Source: Octopus vulgaris (Eukaryota). From it: a DNA stretch of 64,000 nucleotides. The notes beneath the pieces were generated by a model. That model was not told the origin of the DNA, did not search any database, and saw only the letters and a program-made list of their open reading frames with translations. The position numbers and the translations under genes were made by a program. The stretch is from the NCBI GenBank assembly GCA_951406725.2, contig OX597814.1, forward strand, positions 204,228,001-204,292,000, given 5' to 3'. Positions 37,574 through 51,498 of this stretch are shown here, one piece after another (positions within the stretch are counted from its first letter, which is position 1; every line of letters begins with the position of its first letter).

Positions 37574-39197
37574 CTGTAGAGGAGATATATGACTACTCCA
37601 ACAGGAAAGGGAGAAAGAATGGTGGAGACGAGGTGTTAAGATACGAGGTGTATCGTTAAGATACAAGAAGTTGAATATAAGAGAAAATAGGGACTGAGGA
37701 GAGCTGGATGGATAGGTTTGTGGGAGTGTGAAAGGAGATTAAAGATGAAGATAGAGTGAGTGCAGAGAATGGTGAACAAGGGTGGAAGTGTGGTCAACAT
37801 TGAATCTCCGTTTGAGGGGAAAGTAAAGAAAAATAGGAATGGATCAGGATGGAGGAATTGTTAGGTGGCAATGCATAAAAGAGGGTGAGGTAGAGAACAG
37901 CAGTGTAATATAACTGTAAATAGATGAGAAATTAGGACCATAAGAAGTGTTGGGGGAGAGAGAAGATACATCCTGATGGGGATCAGAAATATATACGGGC
38001 AGATATAGTGAGTGACAAAAATGGGGGTGAAGGCTGTTGTTAGGAGAGGATGTTTGAGGAAAAAGGGCATTCAGAGGCAAGTAAAATGGTATGGGATGAT
38101 AGGAGAGTACAGGATGAGTGACAAGGGAAATGGTTCCAAGGAGAGGAATAACTAGTAGCACAAAATCAGGGAGGAGTATGTGCAGTTCTGCTCTCCTTCT
38201 AATTACAGCAGCTGAGGTAACAATGCTATAGTTGGATGGGTGAAGATGTAATGAGTTTTATGAAGATGAGTTGCTGGGAAAGCTTGACATTTAATGCATC
38301 AAGGCATTAAAAATCTAACAAGAAATAAATTTGTGGTAAGGAAAACCTATATCATTAGTTGATGGCTAATAATATTTTCAGTGAAGGCACATGGCCAACT
38401 GATTTGGTTATTTGACACATGATTGTATGATTGTGAATTCAATTCATAGGTTGGGCAGTGCATTGTGTGCTTCAGCAAGAACTTTATTTCACATTACTCA
38501 AGCCTACTCAGTTGTAAATGAGAACTAGTTGATTACTGAAGCAGCCTCCTCTCCCTCCAACTATCTCTTCCTGGATGTTCCTTTGGGTTAAGAGTACGGG
38601 ATCAAGAGGGTGCTATGTCTGCTCATCAACATAAATGGCTCTTCTATTATACTACTCAGATAACTTTTGCTAAAGTCAGTTTAATCGTCATCATCATCAT
38701 TTTTGTCATTGTCATCATCATTGTTGTTATCATCATCATTGTCGTTGTCATCATCATTGTCATCGACATCATCATCATCATTATTTAATGTCTAAGTGTT
38801 CCAGGCGAAATTAGTTTTAATTTGACAAGATCTGATGAGGCAGAGGACTGTGTCATGCACAAATTTCTACTTTGGCATAATTTCTATGGTCAGAGAGGGT
38901 TGGAGTGATGACCAGTGGGGAGTACATAAAAATAAAAAATAATGGTGATCAGGTATTTAGGTGGACCATCAAGGTGAGAAGAAGTGAATGGGGACTGAAG
39001 AGCTGAAAGTGGGGTTGAGTAGAGGTTGCAAAAATGTGTGTGGTAGAATGAGAGATGGGGATGAGGAGGGTGAGTATAATGGATGAAGAACAAGTGCTGA
39101 GGGGTGGATGTAGTGAATGTTGGATAAGGGATGGTAGGGTACAAATAATGCATAGGAAGTGAAGAACAGTAAAATAGTATGATAATACAGTAGACAG

Positions 39198-39420
39198 GGC
39201 AGCTAGCTGGCAGAATCGTTAGCATGCTGGGCAAAATGCTTAGCAGTATTTTGTCTGCTATTACATTCTGAGTTCAAATTCTGCCGAGGTCAACTTTACC
39301 TTTCATCTTTTTGGGGGTTGTTTAAATAAGTACCAGTTATGCACAGGGGTCAATGTAATTGACTTAATCCCTTTGTTTATCCCCTCTATGTTTAGCCCCA
39401 CTGTGGACAATAAAGAAATA
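39198..39420 (+). mobile_element. SINE family B, full length with 14-bp TSD
   Basis: TSD aatacagtagacag at 39184-39197 and 39421-39434; B box GTTCAAATT; Nin-like body. Confidence 0.93.
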
Positions 39421-40814
39421 AATACAGTAGACAGAGAGACAGAGAGATAACATGTAGTTGGGTAGGTTACAAGAGTGTGGGAGTAGAAAGTGGCAAGTAT
39501 AGCACATGGAGACAATGAGAGAGATATAGTGGTGGAGAAGGGGGGATACTTTGGTACCTCAGCAGGAGTGTTATCACTGCAAAATGTGGGTGGAGAGGAG
39601 AGTATTAAAGATGAAGACTGATATAAAATGAAATGGTTCTAGGTTGTGAGAGAGATTAGTGGTATCAAGGAAAAACTACAGTTAGAAACGTGATGAGTGG
39701 TGAGGAAGTCTGAAACAAAATCTGAAAGATGACTACAGTATTCATCAGAGTTTTCTTATAAACACTCTGATGATATCACTGACAATGCAATCATTGGAAA
39801 CAGAAACTCTGTTGAAGGGTGAGTATGAAGTAAACTTCCTTCTAAATGTTGCAACTTAGTAGACTTTCAGTCTGACTATGAAATCTGTCAAAATTATCTG
39901 ACAGTTATAAAATAGTCCATTAGGTTATCATTGATTTTCATCATTTGAAATATAACCAATCTCCAACCAGCTTAGGCTGATTGGTCGTTCTGAGAAGGAA
40001 ATACACTGTAATATATATATATGTTTACATACAAATACATGTAAGTATGCTGTGTATTGAACTGCCTATATTAGAATAAAGGAAACTTGATGTATGTATA
40101 ATATACGTATATATATATATGTATATATATAAACATACACATGTGTCTGTGTGTGTACATACAGATATATGTATATATTTATATTTATACACACACACAC
40201 AGAAACGTGTAGATATATATATAGAAATATATATATATATATATAAGCCAAGTTTCCTTTTATTATTCTGCTGTTACACTATATTAATGTTGTAACTAGT
40301 TTAATTATGCTTCCTATTGATCACAACTTGTGGTCTAGAATGATAAGCTTTTGCAATATTGTTGTTATTTTTTGTCTTTTCTATATAAAAGGCTTTTACT
40401 GCTCTTTATATCTGTCCTTATCTTGGATTGAGGATTTTCCATTTAATTTTTGCTAAGCCAAATAAACAGGTTTTCTGCACAACACCTCAGACTAGGGCCC
40501 AGTTTTCCAAAGCTTGCTCTTAAATTTTTCGTCATAGTCCCTAAGACCTAAATGATAACTGCTAGAATCATATTATTTACTTCTTTGTTCCAGCATCAGA
40601 GCATTTTATTCTACAATTTGCAATTATACTTTGATTATTCTGTTATTTTGCTTTTTCTAGACTCAGGTATTAGATGGGGATTTCCACATTGATTACAAAC
40701 CATACTTTCTTTTTCTTTTTCATCATCATCATAATTATTATTAAAATTATTATTTAGACAACAAGCTATCAGAATCATTAATGTATTAAGCAAAATACAC
40801 ACCAGCATTTCTTC

Positions 40815-41292
40815 TGGCTGATCAATAAGTATCCAGACTGTTGCCATAGTAATGAAGCTAAAATATACAGAGTGAAGCCGTTTGGCACAGATTAACCTTG
40901 AACTCTGCTCTGCATGCATACTAAATTTTAACATTCTAACTTACTTCTGCTGTTTACAGCAGTGCTTGGAAGGAAGGTGTGTAGCGTGTGATCATCACAT
41001 TGACCATGACAGAGAAAGTGGAGCAGAGAATCTGCATCAAATTTTGCCAAAAGGTTGGTGGTACCTGCTCAGAGGCCTATGCAAAGTTTTCAAAAAGTTT
41101 TCATTGTTCTCGATACAATCATGGAGATTTTATGCAACTGAAATCTGAATGTCTTTTTGGTCAGCCGAAAGCAGTTTTGGCACAAACTTGGCAGACATGC
41201 ATCTCATGCCCAAAACTTCAGTGATAATGGACTGACCTGAACCATAACTAATCTGCACATCCTCTGATAACTCACAGATGGTGAGTTATCCG
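40815..41292. mobile_element. mariner remnant with internal inversion
   Basis: + strand TIR-like ggctgatcaataagtatccagact and MTEKVEQRICIKFCQK; - strand LTICELSEDVQISYGS...SAKFVPKLLSADQK. Confidence 0.85.
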
Positions 41293-42115
41293 TGGTAGTA
41301 ATATCCATGATATTACTATTCCTCTTCCCCTCTCCTCTATCTCTTTCCTAACTCCCCACCACCACCACCACATCCAACACTTCCCTCTGTTATTCTTTCC
41401 TCTAACATCTTCTCACAATATAACTGTTCCATGCATCATGAAGGTCCCTTGTGAGCTTTAAAGGGGACTACATCAGTGCTGGCTCCACAAAAATGCTCTC
41501 AGTACACTCTGTAAAGTGGTTGTTGTTAGGAAGAGTATCCATGAAGACATCAGGTCAAAATTGAGACATCAACATCATCATCATCAATATATGTCCCCTT
41601 TCCATGCTGGCATGGGTTGGATGGGTCATCACAATTTGTGTCAGTCCTTGGCCAGACAGAGGGCCACACTTCTTTCATTTGTTATCATTTTGGTCTGGTT
41701 TCTATGATGAGATGCCCTTTCTATCTCCATATGCTTTACAGAGTATAACTGGTGGAATTTTTTAATGACACCAGCACTAGAGGAAGAACAAAGAAGAGAG
41801 AGAGAGAGAGAGAGAGATAGAGAGTGAGTGATTGATTTAGTTTTGGCAAATAAATGGCAAAGCAGATGGGAAATAAATGTTTAAACACTTAAGTTTAAAT
41901 GACAGTAAGTTATTCTTTTATTTCATTACTTTTTATTTATTTCAGTCAATGGAGTGCAGCCATGCTGGGTCACCAGCTTAAAAGCATCACTTATTTTAGG
42001 TCTAGTACTTTGTGCTGAGTCACTAAGTTACAGGGATGTAAAAAAAAAAAAAACACTGTTCAGAAGCAGTGAAAGACAAACATGCATGCACACACAGTCA
42101 CACACACACATACAT

Positions 42116-43433
42116 ATCATCACTATCATTATCATCATCATTGTTTAACATCCATTTTCCAAGCTAGCATGGGTTGGACAGTTCGACCGGAATCTGGAAA
42201 GCCAGGAGGCTGCACTAGGCTCTAGTCTGATCTGGCGGTGTTTCTACAGCGAGATGCCCTTCCTAACACCAACCACTTTGTTTGTGTAGTGGGTGCTTTT
42301 TACATGCCACTGGCACAGGGGCCAGAGGAGGCTGGCAATGACCACGATTGGTTGGTGCTTTTTAATGCCACCAGCATGGAAGCTAGTCAAGGCGGCGCTG
42401 GCATCGGCCATGTTCGGATGGTGCTTTTTACATGCCACCGGTATAGGTATCAAAACTACAATTTCCAGTTGATTTTTATTTTGATGTTGATGTTGATGTA
42501 CTTGACTCAATAGGTCTCCTCAAGCACAGCAGGTTGCCCTACGATCCAAGGCACTTTTGAATGGGCTGGGGCTGGTTATGCGAAACTGGTGTAGGATACA
42601 GCCATGAACTCACATTATTTGTCAGGTCTTCACAGTCACAGCATATCTCCAGAGGTCTCAGTCTTTCGTTGTTGTCTCTGTGAGGCCCAATGTTCAAAGG
42701 TCATGCTTGACCACCTCGTCCCATGTCTTCCCGGGTCTACCTCTACCCTGGATTCCTTCAACTGTTTGCGAGTGGCACTTCTTCACACATCTCTCCTCAT
42801 CCATCGATAGCACATGACCATACCAACGCAAGCATCTCTCTTGCATGCCACATCCGATGCTTCTTATGTCCAACATTTCTCTCAGAGCACTTACACTCTG
42901 TCGTGTGTGCACACTGACATTACACATCCAGCGGATCATACTAGCTTCATTTCTTTCGAGCCTATGCATGTCCTCTGCAGTCACAGCCCATGAAGCATGG
43001 CAGTTCACACATATGCATTGTACAATCTACCTTACACTCTGAGCAAGAAGCCCTTTGTCACCAGTAGAGGAAGAAGCTTTCTGAACTTTGCCCAGGCTAT
43101 TCTTATTCTAGTGGTAACATTCTCTGAGCATCCATCCCCACTACAGACTTGGTCACCTAGGTAGCAGAAGCTATCAACTACTTCTAGTTTCTCCCTCTGG
43201 AGTGTGATGGAATCTGTTTTCTGAGCATCTGTGGTGTTTATTGCTCCTGTGCATCTGCCGCACACGAAAGCTATCTTCTCGGTTAATCTACCTTTGATGT
43301 TGCTGCACCTCTTATGCGTCTATAGCTTACACTGGGTACATATTATGGAGTTTCTACCTACACCTTTTCTGCATATCGAGCAGCCCCACCTACTTAAGAG
43401 GGTGTGTGATGAGTTTGCCTCCCTACTTACTAG
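42116..43433 (-). mobile_element. RTE LINE, 5'-truncated copy
   Basis: ORFs 42694-43008 and 43032-43265 match 7239-8132; shared UTR and tail. Confidence 0.93.
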
Positions 43434-44039
43434 ATCTTTGATCTTTGCTACATTGACTGAACCCAAAACTACATGATCGCAAAGCAAACTTTCTTAGCTG
43501 CACCACCATGTCTGTACATGTGAAATAACTTTAAACAGTGTAAAAATGGTATTTTTTTTTTAATCCCAGGTTGGTTGCGATCAAACAGACCTCTGATCAA
43601 AGCATGTTGGCCATGACTATCCAACCTTTCAATGTATAGGACTACAATCTTCAATGTGTCCTTATCTTTTTAAGATGCTAGGGTCTGATGTGAAGGAGAT
43701 TTGGCTACTATTTCTTGCAGTTCGTGCAACCACATAGAGATAGAGGCTTTTTCTTGGCTCATTGAATAGCATGTTGTGAGTCCATTTAATCTTATTTATG
43801 ACAGGAAAAGTAGTTAGATCCAAAATACCGAGAAGACATGCAACTATTTGAAGATGTGGAGCTGTTGAAAAGTATGTTACCATGGAAGAATAGATGGGAA
43901 GCAAAAGAAAAAGAGAGATAGAATGTGAGGGGGAGGGAGAGAAAGAGAGGAAAAATATTAAGAAGTGAAAGAGAGTGTGAGAACAAGCAACTGTGTGTAT
44001 GCATGTAGGTTTATAAAAATGTGCGTGTATTGTCATAGA

Positions 44040-44440
44040 CATCATCAGCCATTACATTTGTCATTGTCATCATTGTTTTCAACATCCTCCAGCCCATCAT
44101 TGTCGTCGTCATCATCATCATCTTCTTCATCATCAGTCTTCATCATCATCATCGTCATTATCATCCTCATCATCATCATCATCATCATCATTATTATCAT
44201 CATCATCATCACCATTATACGCATCATTGTACTCATCCTCTTCCTTATTATCATTGTTGTCATTAGTAGCAACATTATCTTTCTTATCATCATCCCTTTA
44301 ATCATCATCATCATCATCCTCATTGTCGTTGTCATCCTCACCATTATCATTATTGTTGTCGTCTTCATTGCTGTCCTTTTCATCATCATCATCATCGTCA
44401 TCATCACCTTTGTCATCATCACTATTGTCATCTTCATTAT
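44040..44440. repeat. (CAT)n degenerate trinucleotide tract
   Basis: Direct reading. Confidence 0.92.
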
Positions 44441-44784
44441 TCTCACTTAAAATGTCACCTCTTACAAGTTTCTCATGGCTTGTACAGGGACTGAAACCCA
44501 CTTTAATCCCAATTGTCTTATTAATATATCATCACCTCTTTGACACCCAATGTTTTCAGTTTTGACTTCACAATTCCACCTGCTCATCCACCCCAACATT
44601 TCCTCCATGGTCTTCCTTGCTATAAGTACTTCCTCTCTCAACACATATCTCTTTCCTCCATTCACATTACAAATCAGTAATTATCAGAGATTAATACAGA
44701 TAGAATTGTGGAATGATGAGGTAGGAGAGTTAAAATAGAAAGTTTCCCAGGAAAATATAATATAGAAAGTAGATGTAATGAATA

Positions 44785-44936
44785 AAATGTGGCTGTTGGT
44801 TAAGATATTTGTCTCCATACTACATAGTTTCAAGTTCAGTCCCACGGTGTGACAGCTTGGACAAGTTTCTTCTACAATAGCTCTGAGCCAACCAAAGCTT
44901 TATGGGGGATTTGGTAGACAGAAACTGAATAAAATC

Positions 44937-44940
<4 letters not shown>
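44785..44940 (+). mobile_element. SINE family A, 5' half
   Basis: gtggctgttggttaag...gttcagtccca...ggatttggtagacagaaactga. Confidence 0.75.
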
Positions 44941-44983
<43 letters not shown>

Positions 44984-45049
44984 CGTAGCAGAGATGACCT
45001 GTACTTTACAATAGAAGTGCTAAAACTGGTCCCTCTAGTGGTGAATAAC

Positions 45050-45283
45050 GCTCATTGTGGTGCCATGTAAAAGCACCTATGTGGTACCACATAAAAGCAC
45101 CCAGCACACTCAGTAAAGTGGTTGGCATTAAGAAGGGCATCCAGCAGCAGAAACTATGCCAAATCAGACTGGAGTCTGGTGCAGCTCCCCAGCTCTGGTC
45201 AAACCATCCAACCCATGCCAGCATGAACAACAGATGTTAAATGATGATGATGACGATGATGATGACGATGATGATGATGATGA
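45050..45283 (+). mobile_element. RTE 3' UTR/tail fragment
   Basis: aaagcacccagcacac...gaagggcatccagc...ccaacccatgccagcatg...(GAT)n. Confidence 0.85.
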
Positions 45284-46394
45284 CAACAAGAATAAGAACG
45301 GAGAAACTCGCAACTTTAAGTGGAGATTTCACCATACATTACCAATGATCGTTTCTATTGTACCAGCATATTTAGATACAGAAAAAGGCATAACATACCA
45401 GTCAAATTAATATATCCGAAAATATATGCTAACATAACATTATCAAGGCAATCCAAACTTGGTTAAATTCAAAGTGAACTAAGAAAATATCTCTAATAGA
45501 TGAACACGTACATAAAGAACATTAAGAAGAAATATATATTCTATGAAAAGCCAGTTTAGTATTTAACCTTTGATGATGTCAGTAGATAATGAAAGAATAA
45601 AAAAATAAACATAGAAGTTCTATGCCACAACAATTAGAAATATAAAAATCTATATCACAACAATTAGTTATCTATCCATTAAATATGACAAAAAAGTTAT
45701 AGAAATATTATTAATATTAGAAAGCAATAATAATTGATGGATTATTTGGTATTGAAATATTGAAATGTTCTTCTATATTTGTGAGAACATTTCAATGTAG
45801 AATTGCCTTTACGATTCAATATTACTAATTTAGAAGTAATTATATAATACATTTCCTCGAGGCAAAGATCACATTTAAAATTACAAGTAGTGTACGATAG
45901 ATGTGCATACACACACAAACATACACATATATGGCCAGTTATAGTGTATAACTGGCCAGAATATCACCATTGGTTTTTCACCAACTAATCCACTTAGGAA
46001 ATGATGGCTCTTCCAACAAGCTGGTTAGAAGTGCCTATTACTTATATTGAGTTGGGTTTTTTGTTACAACTTATGGACAACTAACTCTATATATATACAA
46101 ATGTGCACATTCATACTTGTTTGTGTGTGTGTGTGTGTGTGTGAATGTAAGCTTGTGTATGTTTGTGTTTCCTTGTCAGGGTATCATGAAAATGATTATT
46201 ACTGTCACACAAGCAGTGTCATTTATTTCCAGTATTCTATAAAAACACGTTAAGCCATGAGAAAATATTACTTTACTTGAAACCAGGTAAGTGTTGGTGA
46301 CAAGAGCAGTATCCAGTTGTACAATATCTGTCTCAATAAACCTTGTCTGACCCATACAAAAAATGATAAATTGGCTGTTACAATGATAATGATA

Positions 46395-46426
<32 letters not shown>

Positions 46427-48933
46427 AATGATGATGATGATGATGATGACTGGAGGAAATGGTAAAGAACAGGAAGAATTGGTTAAAAGAAAAGACTTTT
46501 AAAGAAATTATCTCACCATAAAATGAAGAAAAGAATTAGATATGAATAGATGAATTCACATTTGAAAGTTTTTTCCCCAAATGTTAAAATACAAAATTGA
46601 ATTTCTCCAAGACATTCCTTTAGAATTAAATGGCATCGTGCATTTATGATTGTTTGTTCAAATATCATTCTCACTTTGCTTTAAGTTCACTGCTAAATAT
46701 TTTTTTTGCGTATGTGTGTGCTTCTTAAATATTGTCAACATATACATGCCATAAAGATAAATGCTATATTTAAATTTGATTTTTTTTAAAGAAATTTTCT
46801 TGCAGTTATTAAATTTCAACTTTCTCTTGATTTTCCTCTGGGTTTGTATTCTTAAAAATGAACATGCTATCCATCACTACAGGGAAATATAACAATAATG
46901 TGTTGAAATGATAGAATGTAAATCAATTTTATTCATTGATTTATTCTTCTTTCTTTTTCTTTTCAAAGTATTATACCATTTTAACTTTTTGTTGAATTAA
47001 AAACTAAAAGATTTGTCTTCTTTACATCTCTAGGAGATAAAGTTTACTGATGTTTCAATACAAATGAAAATGGAATGGTGGAGACATGTTATTTAAAATT
47101 TTATTAAAAAATTTATCTGAGTTTTAACAGACAAATATATAAGTATTTATGCATTCTTGAAGATGTTAGCACTTACTTTTCTCTTGCAGAAAAATGGTTG
47201 GCAAAGAGATCAAACCAATCATAAATGTTATTTTTTTAATTTATTTATCTTATGCACAAAGGTAATGGATTGACAGAATCATTAGAGTATCAGAAAATAT
47301 ACCTCATGGTACTTCTTCCACCTCTTTACATTCTGAGTTCAAATCCCACCAAGGTTAACTTTGCATTTCATCCTTTCAGAGTCAATCAAATAAAATAACA
47401 GTCTCCTCTCTTCTAATTTGCTGCATTGGCCTTTGCCTTTCTCTTGGGTAACATCGGCAGCATGGAAAGGGGAGGCTGGTATGCATAAACAACCTTGCCT
47501 GGACTTGTGCCTCAGAGTGGAACTCTCAAGGTGCAATCCCATGGCCTTTCTTTCTTTACTTGACTGGTATGTATTTTATCAATCTTAGAAAGGTGGCAAA
47601 CTAAACTGACCTGAAGTGAATACATAAAGAGTCATAATTGCATACTTCTGACTTATAAAATAACTGACAACTAATTCGATCTATAATATTTCTAAAATTA
47701 AAAAATTCAGCGTTTTGGGTATTTGTGAGCAAGTTTTAGCACCTATAAATAGAAGATGATGTAATGTAATGTTACAATGCATGCACCATCATATTTATTT
47801 CACAACTTTGGAGTAAAGAGTAAAGATTGAAGAGTGAAACTGGCAAAATTCAAGAAGAAAATAGAGAAAAATGCTAAAGTAAGACCCACTAGATCAGATC
47901 TGCCAACAATATTCTGCATTGACTATGTCTGGTTGTGGCAACATCATTGACCTAATGTGAGTGAAGTTTCTCGACTATATTGGGGGATAATATAAAACCT
48001 TCCTTCAAGTCAGACTTGATTATGAGTGACAGCTGAAAGAGAGAGAGAGGGGGGAGAATGAAAGAGAAAGAAAGTGAAAGAGAGAGAGAGAGATAGTATG
48101 AGAGAAAAAGAAAAAGAGAAAGAAATTAGCAGTAGGAAGAGCATTGAGCTGTACAACTCAGTTTTATAAACATCAACCAATGAAGTAATTTCCAACCCCA
48201 CCACCTCAAACTCATTACCCTTGAGAAATGAGTAAATAAAAATATATAGAAATATAGTTTATATCAATTTCACATGTAGGTACAGGTGTTGCCATGTGTT
48301 CTTGGGTTCAATTGCACTGCATTGTCTTTGGGGCCAACCAAATCTTTGTGAATGGATTTAGTAGACAAAAACTGAAAGAAACCAATATATATATAGAGAG
48401 AGAGAGTAACCATATTTGGTGGTGCTAGATTGGACTATCAGAAAGAATACTCCCATGGAAAGGCTGTCTCCACTATTGAGTTAGTCCTTCACTAACCCCT
48501 TTCTGCCATGTGTAGCAGCAAATGCAGCAAACAGGTGTCACTAAATAAACAATACCACAGTCACCAAACATAGCAGCAACAGCTGCCTACAAGCATCCTG
48601 TCTGACCATATGCACATGAGAACAAACATAAGATCTGATGTTGCTTACAGACCAATAACAATAACACCATTTGATCTGAATTGATCAACGTCTAGAAGTC
48701 ACCTTGAATCTCTCATTTCCTGTTACTTGATCTTCAAATGCTTGACAAGCAAGGTTTATTCCACAAGTCTATGAAACTTTATGTTACAAGGAGGCAAGTC
48801 AAACTGATATTAAATACAAAAATGAATGAAATGAGAAATGAGGACAGCTTCTAGCATTGCAGAAAGTTTTAAAAACCTTTATATTTCAGCCACAAAAGTC
48901 TATAAGAACACAGTCAAAGAAATATTAATATAA

Positions 48934-49165
48934 GCACACAGTATTTCGTTATGCAACCATAATTTGCTACAAAGTATATTAAACGTCTTTATAAGTCAAT
49001 ACTATGTACTAATGTGTGTTAGCAGTATACTTAAATCACATTAAGGTCATCTCTATAGATTTTCTTTAGAAATAATAAGCAGCACTGATTTTGTTATGAC
49101 GTTTTTGTTATCCAACATGTCGGGCATAAACAATGAGATCAAAGATGAAAAAATGGTTAACGGGT
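48934..49165 (+). repeat. Diverged direct copy of 51012-51236
   Basis: Colinear: ttatgcaaccataat...taagtcaatac...aaacaatgagatcaaagatgaaaaaatggttaa. Confidence 0.88.
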
Positions 49166-49441
49166 GTGTAGCAGAACTGTTTAACACATTCATTTGATTG
49201 TTTTATAACATGGTTTCTGTATATGTTACCTTAGTGTTATGAACTAATAACAGTGTGATATAAAATACTATGGAACAGAGCAGACATCAACTGTCTCCAC
49301 TTGATGTAATCCCAAATACTCTGCCAACAACTGTAACCAATCCAAAACAACTCTCAACAAACTATAACAACTTCTCAACAATTTCCTGCAACTCTATGAT
49401 CTCATGAATGACACTTTTCGACTTCCTGCGATTTCTCATCT

Positions 49442-50540
49442 CTCTTTCTTTTATAGGCCACACAGGGCCTAATAAAGAGGGGACAGAAAAAAAAGGAATG
49501 GAAAGGATGAATTAGATAAATGATAAATTAAATGAATCCATACGGTCCCACCTCTGAATAAATTCATTTAACCTGTTAATACAACTTTTTAAAACATTAT
49601 TTGTTACAGTTTAAAACATTATTTGTAACCGTTAACTTTCATCTTTCCAAAGAATGTTTATGTTAAATTTCTTTAAAAGTTCAAGATAGCTACCCATTCA
49701 GGAATTGTGCTGGTGTCCATTTTCTAGACCTATCACTCAAAGTCCCTCTCATAATCCTTTACTCTCAAAAGATATTCTGGGTCTGTCACCGCACACTGAA
49801 AGTACTCAGGCAATACTTCTGTTATATTCACTTTTATCACTCTGACCCAAGAGTCTATCTCATTATAAAGTTTTTCATTTTGTTTGTTGTACAGTATAAC
49901 ATTTTTCTTACAGATCAAGGGTGGGCAAGTTTGGGGCTCCTGTGTGCTCGTGCTTGTCTTTGTATCAGGTAGAGCATGGAGAGGGTTGGTATCTGTAGGG
50001 GGAGGTTGGGGTAGAGTGAGTGTGGGATGGGGGGGTCATCATTTACAAAGAGTGCTTTTTACCATCTCTTTCTTCTTTTTTTTCCAACCGTTTCCCATCC
50101 ATTCTTTTCCTCATTCACTTCTTCCTCAGCTCTGGTACTGGTTTTCATTGGTGGTGAAGTCATGATTTCCTTCCTGCTTTAGGGTTTCTCTTTAGTTTTC
50201 ATGGGTGGCAGAGGACAGTCTGCTCTTATGTAGCCTTTCAGGCCACATTTATAGCACTGCGGGATCCTACCTTCTACTCTGACCCTGAGTGTCAACTTTT
50301 CAACCATGTTTTTAAGGTCTTCTGAGGCCACCTGGGTTATCATATCTAGGCTCTGCCCTGGCCAGTTCTTATGGGGCATTCTGGTGGCCTGGAGGACCAC
50401 TACCTTCTCTTCCATGCCCAGCAGTACGGCAGCTGCTAGCCAGGCTACATCAATTTCTGGGGGTACATCTTCTACCCTAACCCTAGAAGCATGCTTCCCA
50501 AGGTATATGGGTAGAAGCACCACTTCATCCATGTCTTTGG
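49442..50540 (-). mobile_element. Non-LTR element with Tx1/L1-like ORF1 (zinc knuckle) and no ORF2
   Basis: ORF 50179-50532 RVRVEDVPPEI...RVRVEGRIPQCYKCGLKGYIRADCP; 3' tail ~750 bp downstream; no RT motifs seen between. Confidence 0.65.
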
Positions 50541-51106
50541 ACCAGCCACTATTGACCGGACACCAGCCAGTCTCACAGCTTTCTTCAACCAGTCATCACC
50601 CATCTTCATCATTGCAGCAACAGACAGCAGACCACAGCCACATTATCAGACCCAACAGAATTGAAGTCATTTGAATGTTTGTTCCAGTCTGTAGTATCAA
50701 CACCATTCCCTTTGGCAATCTTCTATTAAGAGGAATAAATCATAGCTTTTTTAACTTATTCAAATCTTGTTCGTCTTTCCACACCATATCATTATAAATG
50801 GTGACCTATGAACACTCTTCCTGTTATAGATGTCTATGTTATATTTCAGGAGTTTTTACTCCTTCAATCAGCACCCATCTAACCTATTAAGCATCCACAA
50901 ACTCATTACTTAAATAGCCACTACTTTTAGCAGTGTGATATTATTGGATTTACCAATTTACATATCAAACACATTCTTGGAAGCTGGTACATGAATACTG
51001 ATGACTTGTAGGCACTAAGTGTTTCATTATGCAACCATAATATGTAACAAAGTACATTAAACGTTTTTGTAAGTCAATACCATGTACTACTATGTTAGCA
51101 GTGTAC

Positions 51107-51387
51107 ATGTTAAGTTCATCTCTACAGATTTTCCATAGAAATTTTAGCCAGCACAGATTTTGCTACGACATTTTATATCAGGGACATCAGATGTAAACAA
51201 ACAATGAGATCAAAGATGAAAAAATGGTTAATGGGTATATATGTCAAATTTCAGGATGCCCATTACCCATTTTCTCATCTTCAATCTCATTGTTTGTTTA
51301 CATGACATCCCAGTTACGATATGAAACATAACAAAATCAGTGCTGACTATAATTTCTATAGAAAATCTGTAGAAATGGCCTTAACAT
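51107..51387. mobile_element. MITE with ~130-bp TIRs, TTAA-flanked (Kolobok-like termini)
   Basis: Arms 51107-51237 and 51257-51387; right end ...aatggCC-TTAA; paralogue at ~49041 reads TTAA-GGtcatc. Confidence 0.75.
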
Positions 51388-51498
51388 AGAAATCTGTCAA
51401 AGAAATGTGTTTACATAGATCCTGCTATAGTCTACTTCTGTACTACAATGCTTCAAGTGAACTACAACATGCTTCTGTTATTAAATAATACATATATA

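Noticed and set aside
43965-44450. Long poly-I/M/D/S ORFs (also 9767-10266, 16848-17359, 22758-23343, 35637-36051, 56055-56539, 60503-60922)
   Set aside because: Translations of microsatellites and low-complexity DNA
48934-51236. LTR retrotransposon with 230-bp LTRs
   Set aside because: No TG...CA ends, PBS or PPT; the repeat is half of a TIR element plus flank
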